Counted from the stretch's first letter, positions 24,066-35,165 are shown. The stretch is 64,000 bases of DNA from Macrostomum hystrix (GCA_950097015.1 CATNEN010000025.1:4588001-4652000); one strand, 5' to 3'. Program-made: numbers and translations. Notes: generated by a model not told the origin, from the letters alone.

Positions 24066-24215
24066 AGCTTTCACCATCATTATTAATTAATAACAAATCC
24101 TAAAGTTAAGTTTTCGGTTGCAATTAGTTGATGGCTAATTTGACAAAAACTTTATCACAATGTTTTGACGGTTAGAAAAAATCATGTAAAAATTCTCATA
24201 AAACACACAATTCAG

Positions 24216-24459
24216 TGCTGACGAGAGCAGCAAAAAGTTCATGACAACTAACATCGTGGTCTGGCACAATGGCAGCTTACTATGGATGTTTCCAGCTGTG
24301 ATTAAGGTCACTTGCACCTTAAACGTGCGCTACTTTCCATTCGACCGGCAGACCTGTTTGATGACCTTTATTAGTTGGACCTACCACCTGTATGAGGTGG
24401 ACGTCTGGCACGATGAACTAGTTGATGCCAACAAGAACTATTATGTAGAAAATAATCAG
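24216..24459 (+). CDS. nAChR exon 5 (Cys-loop, loop B)
   Basis: TTCAG|T (phase 2). Encodes CTLNVRYFPFDRQTC (C-x13-C) and SWTY. Donor CAG|GTAAGT at 24459/24460. Confidence 0.97.
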
Positions 24460-24498
24460 GTAAGTTACGGAACTGATGCACCTGCAAAAATGTATTAT

Positions 24499-24872
24499 AC
24501 TTGTCAACAGGAGACTGTAGGTCAATACCTGCCAACAGGAGACTAAGGTCAATACCTGTCAACAGGAGACTAGGTCAAAACCTGTCAGCAGGAGACTATA
24601 TTTCAATAGCTGTCAACAGGAGACTAAGGTCAATACCTGTCTACCTGTCAACAGGAGACTATAGGTCAATACCTGTCAACAGGAGACTATAGGTCAATAC
24701 CTGTCAACAGGAGACTAAGGTCATTACCTGTCAACTGGAGACTAAGGTCAGTACCTGTCAGCAGGAGACTAAGGTCAATACCTGTCAGCAGGAGACTATA
24801 GGTCATTACCTGTCAGCAGGAGACTAAGGTCAATACCTGTCAGCAGGAGACTAGGTCAGTACCTGTCAACAG
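24499..24872. repeat. ~27-bp minisatellite filling nAChR intron 5
   Basis: Unit CCTGTCAACAGGAGACTAAGGTCAATA with length variants. Confidence 0.92.
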
Positions 24873-24918
24873 GCCGAACTCACAGAATATCACGCCATCA
24901 AGCCCCTACAACTCTCAG

Positions 24919-25216
24919 GAATGGAATGTATCAGCAATATCCTTCTCAAGAACGGAGGGCATCTACGCCTGCTGCAAGGAGCCCTGGCCGGATGTTACCA
25001 TAGTGATCGACATGACTCGCCGCTCATTGTTCTACGTGTTCAACCTGATCTTTCCCTGCCTGCTGATGTACCTGGCCAGCTTTCTTGGCTTTTTCCTGCC
25101 GATAGAAACTGGCGAGAAGGTCAACCTTGAACTCACGATCCTGCTGGCTCTGGTGGTGTTCCTACTCATTGTTGGCGACACCCTGCCGCCAACACCGGAT
25201 GCTATTCCGCTTGTGG
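24919..25216 (+). CDS. nAChR exon 6 (loop C with vicinal Cys, M1, M2)
   Basis: CTCAG|GAA. Encodes YACCKEPW, RRSLFYVFNLIFPC and GEKVNLELTILLAL. Donor G|GTGAG at 25216/25217 (phase 1). Confidence 0.97.
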
Positions 25217-25690
25217 GTGAGCATTCTGTGTCGAGTTCTAGCGCTTCTGTTCACCCAAAATGAAATCTCTAAACCAAACTCTCAACTTTGCAAGTAAAAA
25301 ACTGTGGTAAGTTAATTTCTATTCCAAGGAACATTTTTCTTCCGGATCGGCAAGGAAGTACGCTTTCTGACATATACCGGTATTTTAGTTTCTACTTCTG
25401 CCGCACCGCAAACTGTCCCTAGCCCTTGACTTCCTCCATTGTGATTTCCCTTGATCCCTCGCGCTGATCCCACATATAGACTCATAGACTCATAGAATGA
25501 AAAAAATTGAAAGTGCTACACTCTATTGTTCCCGCCCAAGTTCTACTGAAATCCCAGGGTGAAACTCACTTATTAACAGCAGAAAGACCAAGCAATTTCC
25601 CCCTAGGGAAAGACCACAGGCTATTTCAAATACCCGCTGCCTACTTCACGATAGCTCCCGAACCGAATGACCGACTTTCGTGAAATTCCA

Positions 25691-25917
25691 CATACGCTCA
25701 CACAGGTGTGTACATCTGCCCTGACTTTCTCATCGTCAGACAGTGTACATTTCACTGTGCCTTGGAGGTTGGCCCACAAGGGCGTCAATTGCACGACAAG
25801 CCCTCAAGCCTTCTCTCCGCGGCTGCGCCTCAAATAAATGTGGCCTCGCCGTAGAATCGAACTTAGGGACCTTGGTGCGAGAGGCAAACGCGTTAACCGC
25901 TCTGCCACCGACCCCCC
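25691..25917 (-). mobile_element. SINE family A, 3'-truncated, nested in the dispersed repeat in nAChR intron 6
   Basis: Near-identical to 15190-15410; interrupts the sequence homologous to 12050-12400. Confidence 0.88.
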
Positions 25918-26421
25918 AATAGCCAACATGGTCACATGATGAACTTTTGTGCACAGAAAACTTTACTCCGCTATTGCTGGTTTTCGCCATATCTCGACGA
26001 TGACTATGTTTGGTGATTCTGGAAGTAGTTTCATCGGACAGATAGGAAAATTTGAGCCCATGTTCTGGATTTTCATGGCAATTGGTTGAATATGTTGGGA
26101 GGTACAGAAAAAAGGATAATTTTTTTATTTATAAGTCTCCATTGGTCTTTCTTCTGCTAAATCGAAGCTACAAAATGCTTTTTAAAAAACACTTAATTTT
26201 GGCTTAAGCACTGTCACATGAAAAATTCTCCAACTGTCGATTCTACGCGACAAGCTCCCGTCAATCATTCTCAGCTTTATCAGGTCTCAGTTCCTTTTAA
26301 ATTTATCCCCATTGTTACATCGGATTTCAGTTTGGGTAAAAGTGCGCTGCAATGTTGGAATAGGGCGACCTCGAGATGATTGCACAGTACACGACAACTT
26401 AGATTTAAATCTAGGGCACTG

Positions 26422-27273
26422 TCCGTCTGTAAGGTGGACAGCATGTCTGTGAGGTGGACAGCATGTCTGTGGGGTGGACAGCATGTCTGTGGGGTGGACA
26501 GCATGTCTGTGGGGTGGACAGCATGTCTGTGGGGTGGACAGCATGTCTGTGAGGTGGACAGCATGTCTGTGGGGTGGACAGCATGTCTGTGAGGTGGACA
26601 GAGTGTCTGTCTGTGAGGTGGACAGAGTGTCTGTAAGGTGGACAGCATGTCTGTAAGGTGGACAGAGTGTCTGTCTGTAAGGTGGACAGCATGTCTGTAA
26701 GGTGGACAGCATGTCTGTAAGGTGGACAGCATGTCTGTAAGGTGGACAGCATGTCTGTAAGGTGGACAGAGTGTCTGTCTGTGAGGTGGACAGAGTGTCT
26801 GTAAGGTGGACAGCATGTCTGTAAGGTGGACAGAGTGTCTGTCTGTGAGGTGGACAGAGTGTCTGTAAGGTGGACAGCATGTCTGTAAGGTGGACAGAGT
26901 GTCTGTAAGGTGGACAGCATGTCTGTAAGGTGGACAGCATGTCTGTAAGGTGGACAGAGTGTCTGTCTGTGAGGTGGACAGAGTGTCTGTAAGGTGGACA
27001 GCATGTCTGTAAGGTGGACAGAGTGTCTGTCTGTGAGGTGGACAGAGTGTCTGTAAGGTGGACAGCATGTCTGTAAGGTGGACAGAGTGTCTGTAAGGTG
27101 GACAGCATGTCTGTAAGGTGGACAGCATGTCTGTAAGGTGGACAGCATGTCTGTAAGGTGGACAGAGTGTCTGTCTGTGAGGTGGACAGAGTGTCTGTAA
27201 GGTGGACAGCATGTCTGTAAGGTGGACAGAGTGTCTGTCTGTGATGTGGACAGACTGTCTGTCTGTGATGTGG
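26422..27273. repeat. 20/24-bp minisatellite
   Basis: GTCTGTAAGGTGGACAGCAT and GAGTGTCTGTCTGT variants; explains ORFs 26280..27571. Confidence 0.95.
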
Positions 27274-28589
27274 TCAGTAAATTTGTGAATTTGTATTCCA
27301 ATGGGTTGGGATTTCCATAAATTGGTAATATTTCGCACATGGATTTCATTAAATTGGAGTAAAAGCAATGCACATGCAATTGGCTATGTAAGAATGTACC
27401 AAAACTTATTGCAAATGCGATTTGATATACTGGGGGGATGAGACTGGGACACACCCCGCTAACCAAACACGCCTCTATAGAGTTTGTGCTACAATATAAA
27501 TAGTTCCATAAAATATGCAAGCAATGTTGAAACATCCTCACACACGCACACATATTGTTTCTGCTATCCATTAGTCAATTTACCCTGCATGATAAAAAAT
27601 AATGGGATTTTTCCCATTTCACTGAGAGCCTAGCAGTAGAAGTAGCGGAGCAGATCAATTTGGGATTAATTGACACAAATTCATCGCTAAGCCATCTGAT
27701 TCACACTGTTACACCACTGGGTGTACACCTGGTTTAATCTAATTTCTATTTCTAAAGATTCTGTACAGTGTAGTATAAGATTAGTAACGTAATAAAATTA
27801 TTAGATTCAACGAAATAAAAATATAACTTTTAATAAAGGTGCAAGACGATTTTCTTTGTTAATATTTTAGTTTTTTTAGTTTCATTCTCACTTTGAATTT
27901 TATTACTTTGACGACAAAAATTAAGGTAATAAAACGAATGTTATTTTTATCATTCACTTAAACAATAGTAAAATGTAACTACGAATTAGGTTAAAATATA
28001 ATATTTATAGCTATAAAATAAACATAGAATTTAAATTCTAGTGAAAATCGTGCCTAAGATGATTATTTAAAAAAACAACTTGCTTACACATCTTATCGTT
28101 CCCCTGTTATTTATATACTCTATATACCCGTTGCTAACGAGATAAAAAATGTGTCTCAAAGTAGACAAATAATGAAATCGCAATGTTACCTGTCTCTTTA
28201 TGAATAAGTTTGGATCGTTTCATATGACCAAATCTGGAAAATTTCAGTGTTTTTTTCGTTAACCGTCTTGAATTTCGTCGTTGAAATATTAAGTCTAGAC
28301 TAATCTACAGTCCATAAGCTGTATTTGGCATGCAGCAAAATGGTCACCGATATTTGAAAATCATTTTTAGACACTCCGCCAACGGAACCAGTGAAATTTT
28401 ATATCCTCTGAGATAGAATCCGCGAAGGTCTGGCGCTTTCGATTCCTGAATCCACCGTTTTCCCATTCCATTTCTGAGGAAAAGAAACTATTTTACTATT
28501 CATAGAAATTCTCGAATTCCTGAAAAAAACTTTGATGTATTACAACACATTTTTCATTGTTTTTGAATAAATTATCAAAAAACTTACGA

Positions 28590-28890
28590 CCTTGAAACTC
28601 CTGTGTGGATTTTGAAACTCCTGTGTGTGGATTTTGAAACTCCTGTGTGGATTTTTAAACTCCTGTGTGGATTTTGAAACTCCTGTGTGGATTTTGAAAC
28701 TCCTGTGTGGATTTTGAAACTCCTATGTGGATTTTGAAACTCCGCTGTGGATTTTGAAACTCCGCTATGGATTTTGAAACTCCTGTGTGGATTTTGAAAC
28801 TCCGCTGTGGATTTTGAAACTCCTATATAGATTATGAAACTCCGCTGTGGATTTTGAAACTCCTATATGGATTTTGAAACACCTGAAGGG
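28590..28890. repeat. 20-bp minisatellite
   Basis: Unit TTTTGAAACTCCTGTGTGGA. Confidence 0.95.
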
Positions 28891-29044
28891 ATTATGAAGC
28901 CTTCTGATCTTTTCAAAAACTTATGCAACACCTATGTTAGGCATTACTTTTTGAATTCTTAATTTCTGGCTAAGATTTTTACAAACGAATTAGGCACTCA
29001 GAGCCAATGGGCTTGTCACCGCTGTGTATCCTTTTACACTGCAG

Positions 29045-29718
29045 GCATTCTGTTTGGCGTAACTATGGTAATGGTGTCGCTGGCTCTTATGATGAGCGTC
29101 CTGGTCACCAACATTCACATCCGCAAGGTGACGAGCAGCGGCCCGCCGCCCTGGCCGGTCCGCCTCTTCGTCAGCCTGCTGCACTGCCGCGAGTGCCGCC
29201 GTCGGCGACGACTGGAAACCGACAGGCGACGTCGGCGGCATCGTCGATTGGCGTCGTCGGTGGCTAGCGACGCCCGGTGTCGTTTTCCGCGCTCGGTCGC
29301 CACCTCCGACCGGGAGGCGACCGGCCTGAGCAGCGCCGACGAGGAGCACCAGCAGCTCAACAGGCGGTCACTGGGAACCAACGGGGGCGCCGTCGGTGGC
29401 GTCGGAAACGGCGTCTCGACGTCGCCGGAGCAGCGTCAGCCGGCCGCGGCGCCCCGCCTGACTCGCCTGCCGAGCCACCTGTCGCTGCTTGACTACGAGT
29501 CTGGCGGTGGAGTCGACAAAGAGTCTGCGAAGCGGCGACCGTCTTCACAGTCGCTGGCGAAGCCGCGGCCGAGCGAACTGTCGGACGCCTGCATTTGCGA
29601 GAGTCCGGAGGCCTGGGTGGCGATGGCTCGATCAACCGACAGGGCCATGTTTTGGCTGTTTCTAGTGTCTAGCTTCGCTGTTATGGCGGCCATCTATTGG
29701 CAGGTGCCAGAATATTAG
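29045..29718 (+). CDS. nAChR exon 7 (M3, intracellular loop, M4, stop)
   Basis: TGCAG|GC (phase 1). Encodes M3 ILFGVTMVMVSLALMMSVLVTNIH and M4 WVAMARSTDRAMFWLFLV. TAG at 29716-29718. Joined CDS is 1707 nt = 569 codons. Confidence 0.95.
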
Positions 29719-29787
29719 TGACAAAATCCAAATCCGTTTAGACGGAACCCCGCACCTTGACCACCCCTACGAGACCTTAACATTAAC

Positions 29788-30051
29788 CTGTTGAGATCCG
29801 TTTGTCACACCTGTTGATATCCGATTGTCACACCTGTTGATATCCGATTGTCACACCTGTTGAGATCCTATTGTCACACCTGTTGAGATCCTATTGTCAC
29901 ACCTGTTGAGATCCGATTGTCACACCTGTTGAGATCCGATTGTCACACCTGTTGAGATCCGATTGTCACACCTGTTGAGATCCGATTGTCACACCTGTTG
30001 AGATCCGATTGTCACACCTGTTGAGATCCGATTGTCACACCTGTTGAGATC
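29788..30051. repeat. 23-bp minisatellite just after the nAChR stop
   Basis: Unit TGTTGAGATCCGATTGTCACACC. Confidence 0.95.
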
Positions 30052-30368
30052 TAAATGTGTTTATGAGTATCCATTTTATTCTTAAAGCATTGCGCACTAG
30101 CTTGTAAATATTAAAAGCCGATTTACTGTCAGAGCACACTAAAATGCAGCGTTCTAATTTCTGTCAATCTTTATCGAATCTAGCAAAGCTTGTCCTAACA
30201 TTGAAAATTTCGACAAACAAGTCAACCTAAAGCTAAAAATTAGTTTTCGCAAAGTAAAGCACAAATATAGTATTTTTGGTGGCAATGACCTATATCTAAT
30301 TACTGGTCATAACATATTGATGCAATGATAGAATGACAATATTTATTCTTAAGGCGTTTTTAATCGTA

Positions 30369-30642
30369 AATGTCCCACTCTCTAGCAAATAATTGGTGCA
30401 CTTTCAATGTCACTCTGACAAATCATTAGTGCACTCTCAATGTCACTCTGACAAATCATTAGTGCACTCTCAATGTCACTCTGACAAATCATTAGCGCAC
30501 TCTCAATGTCACTCTGACAAATCATTAGTGCACTCTCAATGTCACTCTGACAAATCATTAGCGCACTCTCAATGTCACTCTGACAAATCATTAGCGCACT
30601 CTCAATGTCACTCTGACAAATCATTAGCGCACTCTCGATGTC
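30369..30642. repeat. 33-bp minisatellite
   Basis: Unit GCACTCTCAATGTCACTCTGACAAATCATTAG(T/C). Confidence 0.95.
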
Positions 30643-31262
30643 AATCGGTTCAATAATTTTGGATTCATTTATAAATTTTGCGCGCGCGATATTGGCTGAT
30701 TACTGAAAATTTTGACTGCTTTCACGGAAGCTTTCACACTTCGACTAGCTTTCACCTTGCTTCTGAGCACTGCTCACACATTTCTCCTTGTCCAGCTTCT
30801 TTTCTGCCAACATTTCTTTCTTACTTTCTTCCGCTGTTGTGCTCAAAGTTTTCACTGAAAGCCCGAAGCCTCAAATTCAGCTGCACTAAAAAAAATTGCT
30901 CGCATGCGTCTGGCGTGAATTGAGTTCTATTAAATAGCACGAGTGGCAATCTTAATGCAGTTCTGTACAGCCTCTGTACTTTTACTTCTGTACTGTACTC
31001 CAAACTAAATTTTGATTATGCTACTATGGTCAGTAGTGTATTTGTGCTGCTTTTTTCATTCATAAAAGTGCTTAAAACTAAGAAAATGCTAATACGAGTA
31101 ACAAGTGATTAAGATGTGCATATATGATCGAATTTATAATGTACTCGTATTTAGGCTGGAAAAAATTCTACATTGCACTGCGTCAAAACTGCGAAACAAA
31201 ATCACGTCTAGTAGTTACAATTATACATTACAATTATTGGACCTATTCCAAGCGCTAAAATA

Positions 31263-31834
31263 GTCACTCAGTCACTCCGGCACTCACTAATTCACTCCGG
31301 CACTCATTCATTCACTTCGGCACTCACTAAATCACTCCGGCACTCATTAATTCACTCCGGCACTCACTAATTCACTCCGGCACTCATTAATTCACTCCGG
31401 CACTCACTAATTCACTCCGGCACTCATTAATTCACTCCGGTACTCACTCAGTCGCTCTAGCACTCACTAATTCACTCCGGCACTCACTAATTCACTCCGG
31501 CACTCACTAAGTCACTCCGGCACTCACTAAGTCACTCCGGCACTCACTCAGTCACTCCGGCACTCACTCAGTCACTCCAGCACTCACTAATTCACTCCGG
31601 CACTCACTAAGTCACTCCGGCACTCACTCAGTCACTCCGGCACTCACTCAGTCACTCCAGCATCACTAATTCACTCCGGCACTCACTCAGTCACTCCGGC
31701 ACTCACTCAGTCACTCCAGCATCACTAATTCACTCCGGCACTCACTAAGTCACTCCGGTACTCACTCAGCCACTCCGGCACTCACTATGTCACTCCGGTA
31801 CTCACTCAGCCACTCCGGCACTCACTCAGTCACT
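31263..31834. repeat. 20-bp minisatellite abutting and overlapping the methyltransferase stop codon
   Basis: Unit CACTCCGGCACTCACTAATT / CACTCCGGCACTCACTCAGT. Confidence 0.95.
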
Positions 31835-32393
31835 GCACTCGCCAGCCGTCAGTCAGCAGAGTGACATTTCTAGTCCAGAGAATCTCTCCTGGCCAGGCTT
31901 TCCAGAACTGTAGCGACAAGGGCGCGATCGGGTCGGCCCAATTTTCGGCGGTCGGCCGTGCTAGCGTGTAGGGCAGGAATTTTCGTTCGGCGAAGAACTG
32001 CAATAGGCGAGCCGCCATGTCGGGCCTAGTGGTGGCCAGGCCACTCCATTCCATCAAGACCATGGGCACTCTGTAGGTGTTGAATAGCTTCTGCCCGGTC
32101 TCCAGGGCGGTCCACTCCTGACCTTCAATGTCCAGTTTGATGAAGACAGCGCTAGCTCCAGTCAGGTGATCGCTAGCCGAGGCTGTCAACCGATCCAGTC
32201 CGATGGCGCGCGGTCGAATATCGTCGTTGGATTTGTCGTCTAGAACGACATCGGCACCGCCGACATTGCAATCAGGTGGCAAGCGTAGACCGAGCGAAGC
32301 TCCGGCCGGCTGATCGGAGACGGCGTTCCAGAACACGCGCACCAGATTTGATAGGCCATTGCTCTGCGCGGATTTGGCTAGACGCAGAGCATT
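31830..32393 (-). CDS. FkbM-family (Methyltransf_21) SAM-dependent methyltransferase, exon 2
   Basis: Minus-strand acceptor CCCGCAG|AAT at 32394/32393, in frame with ORF 31830..32342. Encodes VFIKLDIEGQEWTAL (FkbM KxDxEGxE motif). TGA at 31832-31830. Confidence 0.92.
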   Translation of the reverse strand, partial: NALRLAKSAQSNGLSNLVRVFWNAVSDQPAGASLGLRLPPDCNVGGADVVLDDKSNDDIRPRAIGLDRLTASASDHLTGASAVFIKLDIEGQEWTALETGQKLFNTYRVPMVLMEWSGLATTRPDMAARLLQFFAERKFLPYTLARPTAENWADPIAPLSLQFWKAWPGEILWTRNVTLLTDGWRVQ

Positions 32394-32439
32394 CTGCGGG
32401 TGAGGGGTGGACCATTGATTTTGTAACGAAAATCATTGG

Positions 32440-32700
32440 TCCGTAGAGTGAGGTGGGGAAGAGTTTGGAGGGCAGGGAGTGAGGTGGGTGAAGAATCTGG
32501 GGCCAGGGAGTGAGGTGGGTGAAGAATCTGGGGCCAGGGAGTGAGGTGGGTGAAGAATCTGGGGGCAAAGGAGTGAGGTGGGTGAAGAATCTGGGGCCAG
32601 GGAGTGAGGTGGGTGAATAATTGGGGCCAGGGAGTGAGGTGGGTGAAGAATCTGGGGGCAGAGGGACAGGAAGTGAGGTGGGTGAAAAATCTGGGGCTGG
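32440..32700. repeat. 31-bp minisatellite filling the methyltransferase intron
   Basis: Unit GGGAGTGAGGTGGGTGAAGAATCTGGGGCCA. Confidence 0.92.
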
Positions 32701-32748
32701 GAGAGACGGAGAGTTTATGAGATTCAGAGGGGCAGAAAATGAACTCAC

Positions 32749-33282
32749 TCGATAATTGGCATCTACGGCCAAAACCCTGCGACCTACGCGAGCTGCGCTC
32801 AGACTATATACACCGACACTACTGCCGACATCGATCAGGACGGAGTGCGGCCAGGCGCGCAGCGCCATCGTCAGGAATCGAACCCCGGCCGCCTCCCAGC
32901 TGCCGCGCCGTCGGATGCTATCAGAGATGAGGTCGCCGGGCGGGTAGACAAAGATTTTCAAAGCTGCGCCAAACGAGGGCAGCCGCAGGCGGGCCTCGGA
33001 GAAGCCTGCGAGATCCAGATGGTCGATGCGGGCCAGTCGGCATGGCTCCGGCGTCGGCCTGGCGCAGGCGGCGTCCAGCTGCGTCGGCGAGACGGGGGCG
33101 TCGGCGCCGCCGAGGCAGCGACTCAGCGGTTGTCGCGGCTCGCTCATGGCCACAAACACTGGCGCGGGATTTGAGCGCATTGTGAACAGCAGGGCTGGCA
33201 CGGTGGAGCCCAGCATCAGAGCCAGAAGCAGCAGCCGCCGGCACGGTGACAGGCCGCGAAGTCGACTTCGAAGCTGACGCAT
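32749..33282 (-). CDS. FkbM-family methyltransferase, exon 1 (gene 33282-31830, 365 aa, N-terminal signal-anchor)
   Basis: ATG at 33282, basic residues then hydrophobic LLLLALMLGSTVPALLF, SAM-binding motif LIDVGSSVGVYSL, VLAVDAN. Donor CGA|GTGAGT at 32749/32748 (phase 0). Confidence 0.92.
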
Positions 33283-34027
33283 TTCGCCTTGTCGGCGACC
33301 CGTTTAGCCAGATGTACAGCCTGTGGGGCATGCAAAGTATGTGTACAGCTGTTCAGTCCATGGACTGTGCGGGATGTGCTAGTACCCATTTAACAACTCA
33401 ATAGACCTTAGCTTGAAAAAATTGCTTACAACCTCCCTATAGGCCCCATTGTGCACGCTGAGTGAAAGATACGAAAAAATTAAAAATAAACTTACAATTT
33501 TTTATTATCTTCAGCTGTGCCGTTACTCGTGGAGGATAAGGAAAAAAATTTCTAGTATTGTTCAAGTATACCACATGCCACAGTCTGGTGTCTTTTTCAG
33601 TCTACCACGCTGTCTGAGACAACATTTTCTCAGCAATATAACTCATTTTAATAGTCTAAGACTGCTTTGGCTGTGCTGCAGACCTATAATGATTTATACT
33701 TATTTTACCATCGTTAGACAGGAATGGACTGGGTAGTGAGAAATGCCATTACACACAGGCGTTCTCACACAATAAATACACTGCTTTTCCATGTAGTTAA
33801 TGCTCAATTCCTCAAGCCGCGGTCCTTAGAATGGCCAGCGCACAATGGCCGCTGTCACTACACTCCCCTCCCCTACTAAAGACTGGCACTTCATCATTCA
33901 AGAGGGTCTGAACAGTAGCTTGAAGAGTCTAAACAGAAACCAGTAGCAGCTGGCTGAGTAACTTTTTTAAATTAACTTCTTTTTACAAATGGTTAACATT
34001 ATACTCTACTGGTATTATCATTTTTTA

Positions 34028-35165
34028 TCTGCACAAGAATCTAACTTTCTGAATCTGTACAAGACTCTTATCTTTCTGAATCTGTACAAGACTCTTATCT
34101 TTCTGAATCTGTACGAGACTCTTATCTTTCTGAATCTGTACAAGACTCTTATCTTTCTGAATCTGTACAAGACTCTTATCTTTCTGAATCTGTACAAGAC
34201 TCTTATCTTTCTGAATCTGTACGAGACTCTTATCTTTCTGAATCTGTACAAGACTCTTATCTTTCTGAATCTGTACAAGACTCTTATCTTTCTGAATCTG
34301 TACAAGACTTGAGCTTCTGAATCTGTCGGGACTCTATTTTTCTGAATCTGTACGAGAATCAAACCCTCTGAATGTGTACAAGACTCTATTTTTCTGAATC
34401 TGTACGAGAATCAAACTCTCTGAAGTGTACAAGACTCTATTTTTCTGAATCTGTACGAGAATCAAACTCTCTGAAGTGTACAAGACTCTATTTTTCTGAA
34501 TCTGTACGAGAATCAAACTCTCTGAAGTGTACAAGACTCTATTTTTCTGAATCTGTACGAGAATCAAACTCTCTGAATGTGTACAAGACTCTTATCTTTC
34601 TGAATCTGTACAAGACTCTTATCTTTCTGAATCTGTACAATACTCTATTTTTCTGAATCTGTACGAGAATCAAACCCTCTGAATCTGTACAAGACTCTAT
34701 TTTTCTGAATCTGTACGAGACTCTATTTTTCTGAATCTGTACGAGACTCTATTTTTCTGAATCTGTACAAGACTCTATTTTTCTGAATCTGTACAATACT
34801 CTACTTTTCTGAATCTGTACAATACTCTACTTTTCTGAATCTGTACGAGAATCAAACTCTCTGAATGTGTACAAGACTCTTATCTTTCTGAATCTGTACA
34901 ATACTCTATTTTTCTGAATCTGTACAATACTCTATTTTTCTGAATCTGTACAATACTCTATTTTTCTGAATCTGTACAATACTCTATTTTTCTGAATCTG
35001 TACAAGACTCTATTTTTCTGAATCTGTACAAGACTCTATTTTTCTGAATCTGTACAAGACTCTATTTTTCTGAATCTGTACGAGAATCAAACTCTCTGAA
35101 TCTGTACAAGACTGTGTACATTCAGAACAATCTGTACAATCTGTTCTTTTTGAATCTGTACGAGT
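34028..35165. repeat. 27-bp minisatellite with a 51-bp dimeric variant
   Basis: TTCTGAATCTGTACAAGACTCTTATCT; the central part alternates two diverged monomers. Confidence 0.95.

Noticed and set aside
32272-32748. Pro-rich C-terminal half of ORF 32272..33282 as protein
   Set aside because: It is read-through of a 355-nt GT-AG intron made of a 31-bp repeat; splicing restores the FkbM domain.
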